Shown here: positions 20,525 to 30,046 of the stretch, one piece after another
How the letters are laid out: each line of letters begins with the position of its first letter
Numbering within the stretch: the stretch's first letter is position 1
Assembly: GCA_963764715.1 (NCBI GenBank)
Contig: CAVXTP010000013.1
Location: 96,001-160,000, forward strand
Source of the DNA: an uncultured Acidobacteriota bacterium
GTDB taxonomy: Bacteria > Acidobacteriota > Thermoanaerobaculia > UBA5066 > Gp7-AA6
DNA length: 64,000 bases
Direction of reading: 5' to 3'
Position numbers and translations under genes: made by a program
The notes under the pieces: generated by a model
The model's database searches: none
Told to the model about the DNA's origin: nothing
Seen by the model: only the letters and a program-made list of their open reading frames with translations

Positions 20525-20596
20525 CGCCTCCTCCTCCACAGGTCCCGAAGCGCCGGCCGCCGCGTCCCACCGCCGCGACCCTGGAGACCCTGTCCA

Positions 20597-20626
20597 CAAC
20601 GCGCAGGAACGGGCGGGATGGGATCA
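20597..20626 (-). promoter_or_regulatory. Putative ECF promoter TGATCC-N15-TGCGCGTTG
   Basis: Second copy of the motif, upstream of the RDD-SLH unit. Confidence 0.65.
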
Positions 20627-20677
20627 AATGCCGCGGCCGTGCCAATCGGGTCACGGCCGCGGTGCCAGGGAAAAGGG

Positions 20678-23077
20678 CTACGGCAGGCGGAACGTCTTCA
20701 CGATAAACACGGCCATCTGACCCCGCGTATTCGCGTTGGCCGGGCAGTAGTTCCCGCCGCCGCAGCCGCCCGTGATCCCCTCCGCGGCGAGCTGCTCGAT
20801 CCATCCGGCGAAAGTCGAGGGACAGGGGACGTCGGCGAACGTGCCCGAGCAGTCGGGAGGGACGTAGGACGCCCCGTGCTCCGCCTTGAGGAGGAAGACC
20901 GCCATCTGGTCCCGGCGCACCGGATTGGTGGGGCAGTAGTTCCCGCCGCCGCAGCCGCCGGTGATGCCCTCGGCGGCCAGGCCCTCGATCCAGGCCGCAA
21001 ACGTGGACGGGCACGGGACGTCGGGGAAGGTGCCGGCGCAGGGCGGCGGCACGTAACAGAGCCCGTGGCGCGCCTTGAGGAGGAAAACCGCCATCTGCTG
21101 GCGCAGCGTCGGCTGGTCCACGCCGTAGAGGCCGCCGCCGACTCCGACGGTGATCGCATTGGACACCAGGGTCGTCACGTACGAGTGGAACTGGTGGATC
21201 TGGGGCACGTCGAGGAAGTCCGCGACCCAACCCTTGATCAGGGCGCCGGTGGTGCCGTCCGGCGTCGTCGCGACGATGTCGTTGACGGTTCCGGGCGCGA
21301 GCGCCGGCGACGTCGTGTAGAGCTGGTGATCGTTCACGAAGGTGATCGGCACCGCCGGGCCGCCGATCGCGATGGCGGTGGGGTTCGCGAAGTCGGTCCC
21401 GTTGATGGTCAGCGTCGTCCCGCCGGCCGCCGGTCCGGACGCCGGCGACATGGTGAAGATGATCCGCTGCGAGAACTCCGACGTGTTGCCGGACGGGTCC
21501 GTGGCGGTCACCCCGATCCGGGCGCCGTTTTCCACGACCACGGGCAGGGTGACGTCGAAATCGAAGTGCCCGGCGCCGTCGGTCGTGATCTGCGAGGAAC
21601 CCAGGTAGGTCTCGCCCTCGTTGAAGTCCCTCGGGAAACGGGTGCACGCCGCGTTGGCGTAGAAGTCGAAGGTGTACTGCGTCGACGGGACGCTGTTGAA
21701 CTTGCCGAGGACCTCCACGTCGGACGCGCCGTAGACGACCGACTGGACGATCGGGAAGTTCTGATAGTTGTTCGGGCTCACGTCCGCGTCGAGCGGATCG
21801 TTCGGCGTGGGGCCGTCGCCGTTCAGGTCGATGCCGAGCTGCTCGTTGTCGTGGATCGAGTTTCCGCGGATCGTGACCTGGTTCGCCGAGGACTGGACGA
21901 GCACGCCGACGGGGACGCTGAAGAGCAGCACGCCGCTGTTGTAGGCGATGACGTTGCCCTGGCCGGGTCCGGTTCCTCCGATGACGACGCCGGTGACGTT
22001 GGCGGTCGAGATCCCCGTGACGTTCGGCAGCGGCAACGCACCGGTGACGTCGGTCCCGATCTTGTTTCCGTAGATCGTCGTGTTGGTGGCGAAGTTGTAC
22101 ACGTAGATGCCCATCTGCGTGTTGCCGGAGATGACGTTGCCCTCGCCGGCGCCCGCGCCGCCGATCTCCACGTCGCCGCCCCCCGAGTCGTTGATGCCGA
22201 GCGACTGGTGGCCGAGGGAGAACGTGCCGGTCACGTCCGTGCCGATGAGATTCCCCCGGATGATGATTCCGGACCCGCCGCTCATGCCGATTCCCCCGCC
22301 GAGGTTTCCCGAGATGACGTTCCCCGCGCCCGCGAAGCTTCCGCCGATCGCTGCGCTGTCGCACCCCGAGAGGCTGATCCCGGTCCCGTTGGGAATCGAG
22401 ACCGTTCCGGTGACGTCGGTGCCGATCAGGTTGCCCTGGACGACGAGGCCCTGAGAGATCTCGCAACCGATTCCTCCGGCGTCGTTGCCCGAGATCAGGT
22501 TGCGGTCCGCGGCCGTCAGCCCGCCGATCGTGTTGTTGGGCGAGGTAATCAGCCGGATCCCCTGGCCGCCCGTGGACGCGTCGGCGGTGCCCGCCGCGTC
22601 GGTGCCGATGTAGCAGCCCTCGACGACGTTGCCGCCGGCGCTGGTGAAGAGAATCGCCGTGGAGAAGCCGTTCAGCACCAGGGCTCGGAGCGTGCTGCTG
22701 CCGGCGGAGATCGAGAGCCCCGAGGTCTGGCTCCCGTGAACCTCGATCAGCGGTGCTCCCGCGTACCCCGGCTGCGTGGTCCCGTCGATCGTCACGGGCG
22801 AGGTGACCGTCGGCAGCGACGTGAGTGAGACGTTGATCGTCTGCACGCCCGCGCCGGGGATGTTGAACGCGATCGTGTCGGGCCCCGCGTTGGCGTTGGC
22901 GTCGAGGATCGCCTGGCGAAGCGACCCGGCGCCGCTGTCGGCGGTGTTCGTCACGGTGTACGTCGCCGCCTGCACGCCCGTGCTGCCGAGCGCGAGGAAC
23001 AGCGCGGCCAGGAACCCGGCCTGGTGGATGGCTCCGCGCGGGCCCCAGGGTCGACCTCCGGTGGCTTGCGTGTCCAT
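20678..23077 (-). CDS. Secreted beta-helix + IPT/TIG + triple SLH protein (paralog of 17724-20051)
   Basis: RBS GGAGGG; [21 protein letters not shown], beta-helix repeats, 3x SLH ending KTFRLP. Confidence 0.88.
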   Translation of the reverse strand: MDTQATGGRPWGPRGAIHQAGFLAALFLALGSTGVQAATYTVTNTADSGAGSLRQAILDANANAGPDTIAFNIPGAGVQTINVSLTSLPTVTSPVTIDGTTQPGYAGAPLIEVHGSQTSGLSISAGSSTLRALVLNGFSTAILFTSAGGNVVEGCYIGTDAAGTADASTGGQGIRLITSPNNTIGGLTAADRNLISGNDAGGIGCEISQGLVVQGNLIGTDVTGTVSIPNGTGISLSGCDSAAIGGSFAGAGNVISGNLGGGIGMSGGSGIIIRGNLIGTDVTGTFSLGHQSLGINDSGGGDVEIGGAGAGEGNVISGNTQMGIYVYNFATNTTIYGNKIGTDVTGALPLPNVTGISTANVTGVVIGGTGPGQGNVIAYNSGVLLFSVPVGVLVQSSANQVTIRGNSIHDNEQLGIDLNGDGPTPNDPLDADVSPNNYQNFPIVQSVVYGASDVEVLGKFNSVPSTQYTFDFYANAACTRFPRDFNEGETYLGSSQITTDGAGHFDFDVTLPVVVENGARIGVTATDPSGNTSEFSQRIIFTMSPASGPAAGGTTLTINGTDFANPTAIAIGGPAVPITFVNDHQLYTTSPALAPGTVNDIVATTPDGTTGALIKGWVADFLDVPQIHQFHSYVTTLVSNAITVGVGGGLYGVDQPTLRQQMAVFLLKARHGLCYVPPPCAGTFPDVPCPSTFAAWIEGLAAEGITGGCGGGNYCPTNPVRRDQMAVFLLKAEHGASYVPPDCSGTFADVPCPSTFAGWIEQLAAEGITGGCGGGNYCPANANTRGQMAVFIVKTFRLP

Positions 23078-23153
23078 TTGTCCCTCCTGCCTCTTCCTCG
23101 ATTTACGAAGGCGGGGGTCGCGGGTTCCGGACGGGGCCCCGGCCATCGTTCGG

Positions 23154-23183
23154 ACACGCGCAGGAGCCAGAAAGACAGGCTCA
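23154..23183 (-). promoter_or_regulatory. Putative ECF promoter TGAGCC-N15-TGCGCGTGT
   Basis: Third copy, in the divergent gap next to the ECF sigma gene. Confidence 0.65.
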
Positions 23184-23244
23184 ACGGGGGGGCGGGGGCG
23201 TGTTCCCGCTGTGATGTAATTCGCCCCAAAGGACTTCCGAGCCG

Positions 23245-23805
23245 ATGGCGGATCCGACCGAGCCGGACGTGACAGCCCTGCTCAAGGAGTGGAGCGGAGG
23301 GGATCGGAGAGCGCTCGAACGCCTGATGCCGCTCGTGTACGACGAGCTGCGCAAGCTCGCCGCCTCCTACCTGCGCGAGGAACGGCCGGACCACACCCTG
23401 CAGCCGACCGCGCTGGTCCACGAGGCCTACATCCGCCTGACGAACCAGCGGGACGTCGTCTGGCAGAACCGGGCCCACTTCTTCGGCATCGCCGCCCAGA
23501 TGATGCGGCGCATCCTGGTCGATCATGCCCGCAAGCGCCAGGCCGCCAAGCGGGACGCCGCCGCCTGGCGCGTCGCGACCGACGTCGACGACGCGGCCGA
23601 CCGGGCGCCGGAGCTGCTCGCCCTCGACCGGGCCCTCTCGAGCCTCGAGGAGATGGACCCGCAGCAGGCGAAGGTCGTGGAGCTGCGCTTCTTCGGAGGA
23701 CTCACGGTCGAGGAGACGGCGGAGGTCGCGGGGGTCTCGCCCGCCACCGTCAAGCGCGAGTGGCGCACGGCGAAGGCCTGGCTTCGCCGCGAGATCGGCG
23801 CCTAG
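23245..23805 (+). CDS. ECF sigma factor of the kinase-associated type (TIGR02999 / EcfK-like)
   Basis: [53 protein letters not shown]. Confidence 0.92.
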   Translation: MADPTEPDVTALLKEWSGGDRRALERLMPLVYDELRKLAASYLREERPDHTLQPTALVHEAYIRLTNQRDVVWQNRAHFFGIAAQMMRRILVDHARKRQAAKRDAAAWRVATDVDDAADRAPELLALDRALSSLEEMDPQQAKVVELRFFGGLTVEETAEVAGVSPATVKREWRTAKAWLRREIGA

Positions 23806-23813
23806 CGTCGGTC

Positions 23814-26342
23814 ATGGCGAGCCGCGTGCCCCCGGAGGCGTGGCCGAGAGTCAAGGAGATCCTGGACGCGGCCCTGGACGTCCCGACCGGGGAGCGGGGC
23901 GCCTTCATCGCCTCCCGCTGCGCGGGGGACGAGGCCCTGCGCCGCGAGGTCGAGTCGCTGGCCTCCGTCTCGGAATCGGGCTGGAGCTTCATCGAAAGCC
24001 CCGCGGGCGGCCGCGTCGCCGCGCTCTTCGAGGATTGGGTGCCGCCGTCGCGGGTCGGGGAGCGCATCGGCGCCTACCAGGTCCTCTCCGAGCTCGGCCA
24101 CGGCGGCATGGGGATGGTCTATCTCGCCCGACGCGCGGACGACGAGTTCCAGAAGACGGTCGCGATCAAGCTCATCCGGCCCGGCATGGCGAGCGACTTC
24201 GCGCTGCAGCGCTTCCGGAGCGAGCGGCAGATCTCGGCCTCCCTCGAGCACCCCAACATCGCGCGGCTCCTCGACGGCGGCGCCACTCCGGGCGGCGAGC
24301 CGTACTTCGTCCTCGAATACATCGAAGGGGAGCCGCTGATCGAATACTGCGACCGGCGCCGGCTGACCGTCGCGGACCGCCTGCGGCTCTTCGACGACGT
24401 GTGCGCCGCGGTCCAGTACGCGCACCAGAACCTCGTCGTCCACCGCGACATCAAGCCCAGCAACATCCTGGTGACCTCGGAGGGCGTGCCGAAGCTCATG
24501 GACTTCGGGATCGCCAAGCTCCTCCAGCCCGACGGCGCGCCCGCGGCCGACGGGGAGACGGGCACGTTCCTCCGGATGATGACCCCCGACTATGCGAGTC
24601 CCGAGCAGATCCGGGGCGAGCGCATCACGACCTCGAGCGACGTCTACGCGCTCGGGGTCGTACTCTACGAGCTGCTCGTGGGCCGCAAGCCCTACCACGT
24701 GACGGGGCCGGAGCCGGCGGAGCTGCTTCGCGTCGTCTGCGAGCGCGACCCGGAGAAGCCGAGCGTCGCCTCGGGGTCCCGGGAGCTGCGGGGCGACCTC
24801 GACGCCATCGTCCTCAAGGCGATGCGCAAGGAGCCGGAGCACCGGTACGCCTCCGTCGGCGAGCTCGCCGCCGACCTTCGCCGCTACCGGACCGGCGCAC
24901 CGGTGCTGGCGCGCCGCGGCACCTTCTCCTACCGCGCGGCCAAGTTCGCGCGCCGCCACCGCGTCGCGCTGGCCGGAGTCGCCCTGCTCGCGCTCGTCCT
25001 GGCGGGGGGCGTCCTGGCGACGCTGCGCGAGGCCCGCCGCGCCCGGGCGGCCGAGGCGCGCGCGCAGCGCCGGTTCGACGATGTGCGCCGTCTCGCGAGC
25101 TCGTTCCTCTTCGAGTTCCACGACGCGATCCGGGACCTGCCCGGCTCGACCCCGGCGCGCGCCCTCATCGTGAAGCGGGCGCTCGAGTACCTCGACGACC
25201 TCGCGCGCGAGTCGGCCGGCGACCGCGCGCTGCGGCGCGAGCTCGCGGGGGCGTATCTCAAGGTCGGCGACGTGCAGGGCAACGCCTTCATGGCGAACCT
25301 CGGAGACGTCCCGGGCGCCTTGCAGAGCTACGGCAAGGCGATCGCGCTGCTCGAGCCCGTCGTGGCCGCGGGCGGCGCCACGGACGCCGAGCAGGCGACC
25401 CTCGCGACCGCGTATCTGACCGGGGGCGGCATCCGGCTCGTGGCGGGCGACGCACGCGAAGCCGTGGCGATGGCGGAAAAGGGGCTGCCGCTGCGGAAGG
25501 GCCTCGCCGCTCGCCATCCCGGAGATCCCGCGGCCGCCCGGGACCTCGCGCAGGCCTGGCAGTTCTACGGCTTCTACCTGACGGCGGCCGAGCGCCCGGA
25601 CGAGGCCTTCGAGGCCCTGGGGAAGCAGGCGGAGATCCTGCGGGCGCGCCTCGCGGCCGCTCCGAAGGACCGCGCGGCGCGGCGCAGTCTCGGCCAGAAT
25701 CTCTACCTCACGGGCGAGGCCCTGCGGAGCCGCGGCGACGCCGAGGGCGCGCTCAAGGCGTTCGACGAGGCGGTCGTTCTCGGAGAGGGCCTCCGGAAGG
25801 AAGACCCGTCGAGCATCCAGCTCCAGCGGGACCTCGCGTACACGTACACCGCGGTCGGAGGCTTCTACGAGGCGCGGAGCGATCACCCGGCCGCCCTCGA
25901 GAACTTCCAGAAGGCGCTCGGCCTCTTCGAGTCCATGGCCGCGGCGGACGCGAAGAGCGTGGACGGCCGGCTCGGAGTGGCCATGACGCGGCACAACATC
26001 GGTCTCCAGCGGGCCGGTCTTCACGATGCGTCCGGGGCCCTGAAGGAGTACGAGGAGGCCCGCCGTCTCTACGAGCCGATGGTCGCGGCCGATCCGAGCA
26101 ACGCCTGGGTCGAGGGGTCGCTTGCCGACCTCTACCTCGCCATCGGGAAGGCGCTCGAGGAGCTCGGCCGGGACCCGGGCGACGAGCCGTGCGCCCTCTT
26201 TCTGAGGTCGAACGGGATCTACGAACGGCTGCGCGCCGCCGGCCGGCTCAGCTCTCTGAGCGCCGAGGGATCCGCGGAGGCGGCCGCCGCGGCCAGGCGC
26301 TGCCGGGGAAGCGCGGCGCAATCCTCTTTGCCGGGACGCTGA
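23814..26342 (+). CDS. Transmembrane Ser/Thr protein kinase with TPR-like C-terminal domain
   Basis: GHGGMGMVY, VAIK, HRDIKPSN, DFG, TPDYASPE, one TM helix, helical repeats. Confidence 0.92.
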   Translation: MASRVPPEAWPRVKEILDAALDVPTGERGAFIASRCAGDEALRREVESLASVSESGWSFIESPAGGRVAALFEDWVPPSRVGERIGAYQVLSELGHGGMGMVYLARRADDEFQKTVAIKLIRPGMASDFALQRFRSERQISASLEHPNIARLLDGGATPGGEPYFVLEYIEGEPLIEYCDRRRLTVADRLRLFDDVCAAVQYAHQNLVVHRDIKPSNILVTSEGVPKLMDFGIAKLLQPDGAPAADGETGTFLRMMTPDYASPEQIRGERITTSSDVYALGVVLYELLVGRKPYHVTGPEPAELLRVVCERDPEKPSVASGSRELRGDLDAIVLKAMRKEPEHRYASVGELAADLRRYRTGAPVLARRGTFSYRAAKFARRHRVALAGVALLALVLAGGVLATLREARRARAAEARAQRRFDDVRRLASSFLFEFHDAIRDLPGSTPARALIVKRALEYLDDLARESAGDRALRRELAGAYLKVGDVQGNAFMANLGDVPGALQSYGKAIALLEPVVAAGGATDAEQATLATAYLTGGGIRLVAGDAREAVAMAEKGLPLRKGLAARHPGDPAAARDLAQAWQFYGFYLTAAERPDEAFEALGKQAEILRARLAAAPKDRAARRSLGQNLYLTGEALRSRGDAEGALKAFDEAVVLGEGLRKEDPSSIQLQRDLAYTYTAVGGFYEARSDHPAALENFQKALGLFESMAAADAKSVDGRLGVAMTRHNIGLQRAGLHDASGALKEYEEARRLYEPMVAADPSNAWVEGSLADLYLAIGKALEELGRDPGDEPCALFLRSNGIYERLRAAGRLSSLSAEGSAEAAAAARRCRGSAAQSSLPGR

Positions 26343-26383
26343 CCGCACCCCGCCGGTATGATCCGGCCGCTCGAGGAGGCCCC

Positions 26384-26881
26384 ATGAAGTGTCTCGGCGG
26401 TCCCGGAGTCTGGCTCGTCGCAGCGGCTCTGTCCGCGCAGTCGGCCGACGGCGTCTTCGCGCAGGGCGCGGTCGGGGCGGTGCTGGACGCCTGGCACGGG
26501 GCGGCCGCGGCCGCCGACGAGGAGAAGTACTTCTCGTACTTCACGCCGGACGCCGTCTTCCTCGGCACCGACGCGACGGAGCGCTGGACGCGGGACGAAT
26601 TCCGGAAATGGGCGCATCCCTACTTCGCGAAGGGAAAGGCCTGGAATTTCCGGACCGTCGAGCGGTGGATCTCCTTTTCCCCCGACCGGAGCGTGGCCTG
26701 GTTCGACGAGAGGCTCGACACGCCCAACATGGGGCCCTGCCGCGGCTCCGGGGTCCTCGTGCGCGTGGGCGACGGATGGAAGATCGCGCAGTACAACCTG
26801 TCGATCCCGATTCCCAACGACCTCGCCGACGGCATCGTGAAGCAGATCGCCGCGGAGGCGGGCTCGAAGAAAGGCCGATGA
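26384..26881 (+). CDS. SnoaL-like / NTF2-family protein
   Basis: RBS GAGGAGG; LDAWH.AAA.AD..YF, FLGTDATERW, AWFDE.L, GWKIAQYNLS. Confidence 0.85.
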   Translation: MKCLGGPGVWLVAAALSAQSADGVFAQGAVGAVLDAWHGAAAAADEEKYFSYFTPDAVFLGTDATERWTRDEFRKWAHPYFAKGKAWNFRTVERWISFSPDRSVAWFDERLDTPNMGPCRGSGVLVRVGDGWKIAQYNLSIPIPNDLADGIVKQIAAEAGSKKGR

Positions 26882-28617
26882 CGATGCGACGCCGAATGGT
26901 CCGGGTCATGCTCGCCGCGCTCGGGGCCGCCGTCGTGGCGGCCGCCTCGCCGGCGCCCCCTCCCGCGGACCTCGTGATCCGGGGCGGCGCCGTCTACACC
27001 GTCGACGACGCCCGGAGCTGGGCCGAGGCCGTGGCGGTCTCGGGCGGGAAGATCGTCTTCGTCGGCACCGACGCCGGGGCGAAGGGGTGGATCGGGCCGA
27101 AGACGCGGGTCCTCGATGCCTCCGGAAAGATGGTCCTTCCCGCCTTCCACGACTCCCACGTCCACCCCGTGTCGGGAGGCGTCGAGGCGCTCGAGTGCGA
27201 TCTGAACGGCGCGCCGACGCCGGCCGCGGTCCTCGAGAAGGTCAAGGCCTACGCGGCCGCGCACCCGTCGTTGCCGTGGATCCGCGGGGGAGGCTGGGAG
27301 CTGACGCTCTTTCCCGACGGCAACCCGTCCAGGTCGCTCCTCGACGCGATCGTGCCCGATCGGCCCGTTTACCTGTCGGCGACCGACGGCCATTCGGTCT
27401 GGGTCAACTCGAGAGCGCTCGAGCTCGCGGGCGTCACGAAGGCGACGGCGGATCCGCCCTACGGCCGGATCGAACGGGACCCGGCGACGGGCGAGCCGAC
27501 CGGGACGCTCCGCGAGGACGCCGCCGACCTGGTTTCGAAGCTCTTCCCGAAGCGCACCGCGAAGGAATACGCCGACGGGCTCCGGGAGGGCCTGCGGATC
27601 GCGAACCGGTTCGGGCTGACGTCCCTCGTCGAAGCGAGCGCGTCGGAGGAGGACCTCGAGGCGTACCGGACCCTCGAGTCCCGCGGCGAGCTCTCGGCGC
27701 GCGTCGTGGCGTCGCTCCACTGCGACACGGACCGGGGCCTTGCGGAGGTGCCGCGCCTCGTCGCCCTGCGCAAGAAGTACGCCGGCCGGCGGCTGCGGAC
27801 GAACGCGGTCAAGATCTTCGCCGACGGCGTCCTCGAGACGCGCACGGCTGCCGTCCTCGAGCCCTACCTCGGGTTCCCGGGCGACCGCGGCAAGGCGAAC
27901 CTCGAGCCGGCGGCGTTTGACGCGCTGGCGACGGCCCTCGACCGCGAAGGTTTCCAGATCCACGTCCACGCCATCGGCGACCGCGCGGTCCGGATGTCGC
28001 TCGACGCCGTCGAGGCCGCGCGCCGCGCCAACGGGGCCCGGGACGCGCGGCACCACCTCGCGCACATCGAGCTCATCGACCCGGCGGACGTCCCGCGCTT
28101 CCGGCGTCTCGGCGTCATCGCGAACTTCCAGCCCTTCTGGGCCAACGGCGACAAGTACCTGACCGAGCTCACCGAGCCGAAGCTCGGGCCGGAGCGGTCG
28201 CGCTGGCTCTACCCGATCCAGAGCGTCGTCGCCTCCGGCGCGGTCGTCGCGTTCGGCAGCGACTGGAGCGTTTCCTCGATGAACCCCCTCGACGGGATCG
28301 AGGTCGCGGTGACGCACCTCCAGCCGGCCGAGGGGCCGGGCCCGGCCTGGCTCCCCGAGGAGCGGATCGGGCTCCCCGACGCGATCGCGGGCTACACGAT
28401 CCGCGCCGCGTACCTCGACTTCTCCGAGAAGGAGACCGGCTCGATCGAGGCCGGCAAGGCGGCCGATCTCATCGTCCTCGACCGCAACCTCTTCGAGATC
28501 CCGCCCTCCCAGATCCACGAGGCAAAAGTCCTGCTGACCCTCCTCGACGGCCGAGAGGTTTACCGGGGGTCAGGTCTTCAAATTTCGGTTTCTAGACTGC
28601 AATCATCCGAAAAATGA
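26878..28617 (+). CDS. Secreted amidohydrolase 3 family (YtcJ-like)
   Basis: LPAFHDSHVH, DGHSVWVNS, KIFADG, HAIGD, GSDW, GSIEAGKAADL. Confidence 0.9.
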   Translation: MTMRRRMVRVMLAALGAAVVAAASPAPPPADLVIRGGAVYTVDDARSWAEAVAVSGGKIVFVGTDAGAKGWIGPKTRVLDASGKMVLPAFHDSHVHPVSGGVEALECDLNGAPTPAAVLEKVKAYAAAHPSLPWIRGGGWELTLFPDGNPSRSLLDAIVPDRPVYLSATDGHSVWVNSRALELAGVTKATADPPYGRIERDPATGEPTGTLREDAADLVSKLFPKRTAKEYADGLREGLRIANRFGLTSLVEASASEEDLEAYRTLESRGELSARVVASLHCDTDRGLAEVPRLVALRKKYAGRRLRTNAVKIFADGVLETRTAAVLEPYLGFPGDRGKANLEPAAFDALATALDREGFQIHVHAIGDRAVRMSLDAVEAARRANGARDARHHLAHIELIDPADVPRFRRLGVIANFQPFWANGDKYLTELTEPKLGPERSRWLYPIQSVVASGAVVAFGSDWSVSSMNPLDGIEVAVTHLQPAEGPGPAWLPEERIGLPDAIAGYTIRAAYLDFSEKETGSIEAGKAADLIVLDRNLFEIPPSQIHEAKVLLTLLDGREVYRGSGLQISVSRLQSSEK

Positions 28618-28629
28618 AGACCTGACCCC
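28566..28629. repeat. Inverted repeat with 15-bp perfect arms (GGGGTCAGGTCTTCA / TGAAGACCTGACCCC)
   Basis: Read directly; the AT-rich interior extends the pairing; contains the amidohydrolase stop. Confidence 0.75.
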
Positions 28630-28633
28630 GGTC

Positions 28634-29149
28634 TCATTTGACCCGGGTGTAGGTGAAGGTGCCGACGTGGTCCTGGCCCTTCGCACGGGAGGTCCAGGCC
28701 TGGGAGAAGTGGTCGGCGTCCTGAAACGTGACGACGAGGCCCCGCATGAGCTCGCCGTCGGGGTCCTTCACGTTGGTCGCGTCGAGGAAGGAGAAGGCGA
28801 GCGTCCGGCCGCCGTCGCCGAGGGCCGTCGCGGCCATCCGCGGCTGGTTGCCCATGGCGCAATAGTGGGTCGCCATGATGCGCGCGCCGTCGGGGTGGTA
28901 GATCGTGACCATGCTCATGTCGTGCCCGCTGTCGAGCGTCTCCATGAGGCTCGTGCCGTTGGAGACGAGCTTGTAGGAGACGCGCACGTCGCCACCCCCT
29001 CCGGCGTCGGCCCCGGAGTAGGTGCCCTTCCAGTCGCCGACGAGCGTCTGGAGCTTCGTCCAGGCGGGGTTCGGCGCGTCCGCGGCCGGAAGGGTCGCCG
29101 CGAGCGCCAGGAATGCGAAAGTGGCCGCGATCGATCTGTTCTGCTTCAT
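28634..29149 (-). CDS. Conserved hypothetical secreted protein
   Basis: Signal peptide; L.G.W.G, MVTIYHPDG, THYCAMGNQPRM; TGATG coupling to SRPBCC. Confidence 0.8.
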   Translation of the reverse strand: MKQNRSIAATFAFLALAATLPAADAPNPAWTKLQTLVGDWKGTYSGADAGGGGDVRVSYKLVSNGTSLMETLDSGHDMSMVTIYHPDGARIMATHYCAMGNQPRMAATALGDGGRTLAFSFLDATNVKDPDGELMRGLVVTFQDADHFSQAWTSRAKGQDHVGTFTYTRVK

Positions 29150-29625
29150 CACCGTCCCTCCTCCACCAGGCCGCCCAGACGATCCAGGCAGCCGATCCAT
29201 CCTGCCGCATGGTCCGCGCGCGCTCGCTCGGTCGCGAGGCGCTCGTGCGTCACGACGACCTCGGTTTCGGCGCCGCGCTCCAGGAACTCCACGGTCACGA
29301 GCGTGTCCCGCCCGACCTTGTCGCCGAGGCTCGGGTCGTTGTCCCAGCTCCACGTGTAGACGAGCTTCGAGGGCGATGCGACCTCGAGGTAGCGGCCCTC
29401 GATGCGCCAGGCCTTGCCGCGTTCGCGGCCCTCGAGCAGGTAGCGGCCGCCCGTCCGCAGGTCGAGCTCGCGGACCTGCATCTCGCCGCCCGGCTCGATG
29501 AACCAGCGCATCAGGAGCTCCGGGTCCGTCCACGCCCGGTAGACCCGTTGGCGCGAGGCTTTGATCGTGCGCGAGACGCGGACCGCCGGCGGCGCGTCGC
29601 TCGCCCGGGGCGTCGGCTCAACCAT
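29149..29625 (-). CDS. SRPBCC/AHSA1 domain protein
   Basis: RVYRAWTDPELLMRWF, DLRTGG.Y, KLVYTWSW, T.VTVEF, HAAGWIGCLDRL. Confidence 0.88.
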   Translation of the reverse strand: MVEPTPRASDAPPAVRVSRTIKASRQRVYRAWTDPELLMRWFIEPGGEMQVRELDLRTGGRYLLEGRERGKAWRIEGRYLEVASPSKLVYTWSWDNDPSLGDKVGRDTLVTVEFLERGAETEVVVTHERLATERARADHAAGWIGCLDRLGGLVEEGR

Positions 29626-29990
29626 GACTCATCCTCCTCCTTCTCGTCCTTTGCGGGGGACTCCTCGAGGTAACGCTTCAGGGCGTCGAGGCGCTCCTGC
29701 CAGAAGGCCTCGTAGTGCGCGATCCAGTCGGCGGCCGTGCGCATGGGCCCCGGCACAAACCGGCAGTGGTGGACGCGTCCCTCGCGCCGGCGAGCGAGCA
29801 GGCCCGCGTCCTCGAGCACCCGAAGGTGCTTCGAGATCGCGGGCGGCGACATCGCGAAGGGCCGCGCCAGCTCGCCGACCGAGGCGTCCGGCGTTTCCGC
29901 CAGCCGGGACAGGATCGCGCGGCGCGTGGGGTCGGCGAGGGCGCCGAAGGTCGCGTCGAGCGCCGAGGCGGCGGCCGAATGGTTAACCAT
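29511..29990 (-). CDS. ArsR/SmtB family transcriptional regulator
   Basis: LDATFGALADPTRRAILSRL, ISKHLRVLEDAGL, W...Y..FW..RLD.L; the C-terminal tail overlaps SRPBCC by 115 nt. Confidence 0.88.
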   Translation of the reverse strand: MVNHSAAASALDATFGALADPTRRAILSRLAETPDASVGELARPFAMSPPAISKHLRVLEDAGLLARRREGRVHHCRFVPGPMRTAADWIAHYEAFWQERLDALKRYLEESPAKDEKEEDESWLSRRPGRATRRRRSASRARSKPRANGSTGRGRTRSS

Positions 29991-30002
29991 ATGGTTAACT
30001 AT
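29979..30002. promoter_or_regulatory. Palindromic operator over the ArsR start codon
   Basis: Perfect 18-bp palindrome GTTAACCATATGGTTAAC (29982-29999), AT-rich in a GC-rich context. Confidence 0.75.
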
Positions 30003-30046
30003 ATCGCCGTGGCACCGAGCTGTCAACGGTGCGACGCGTTTTTTCG

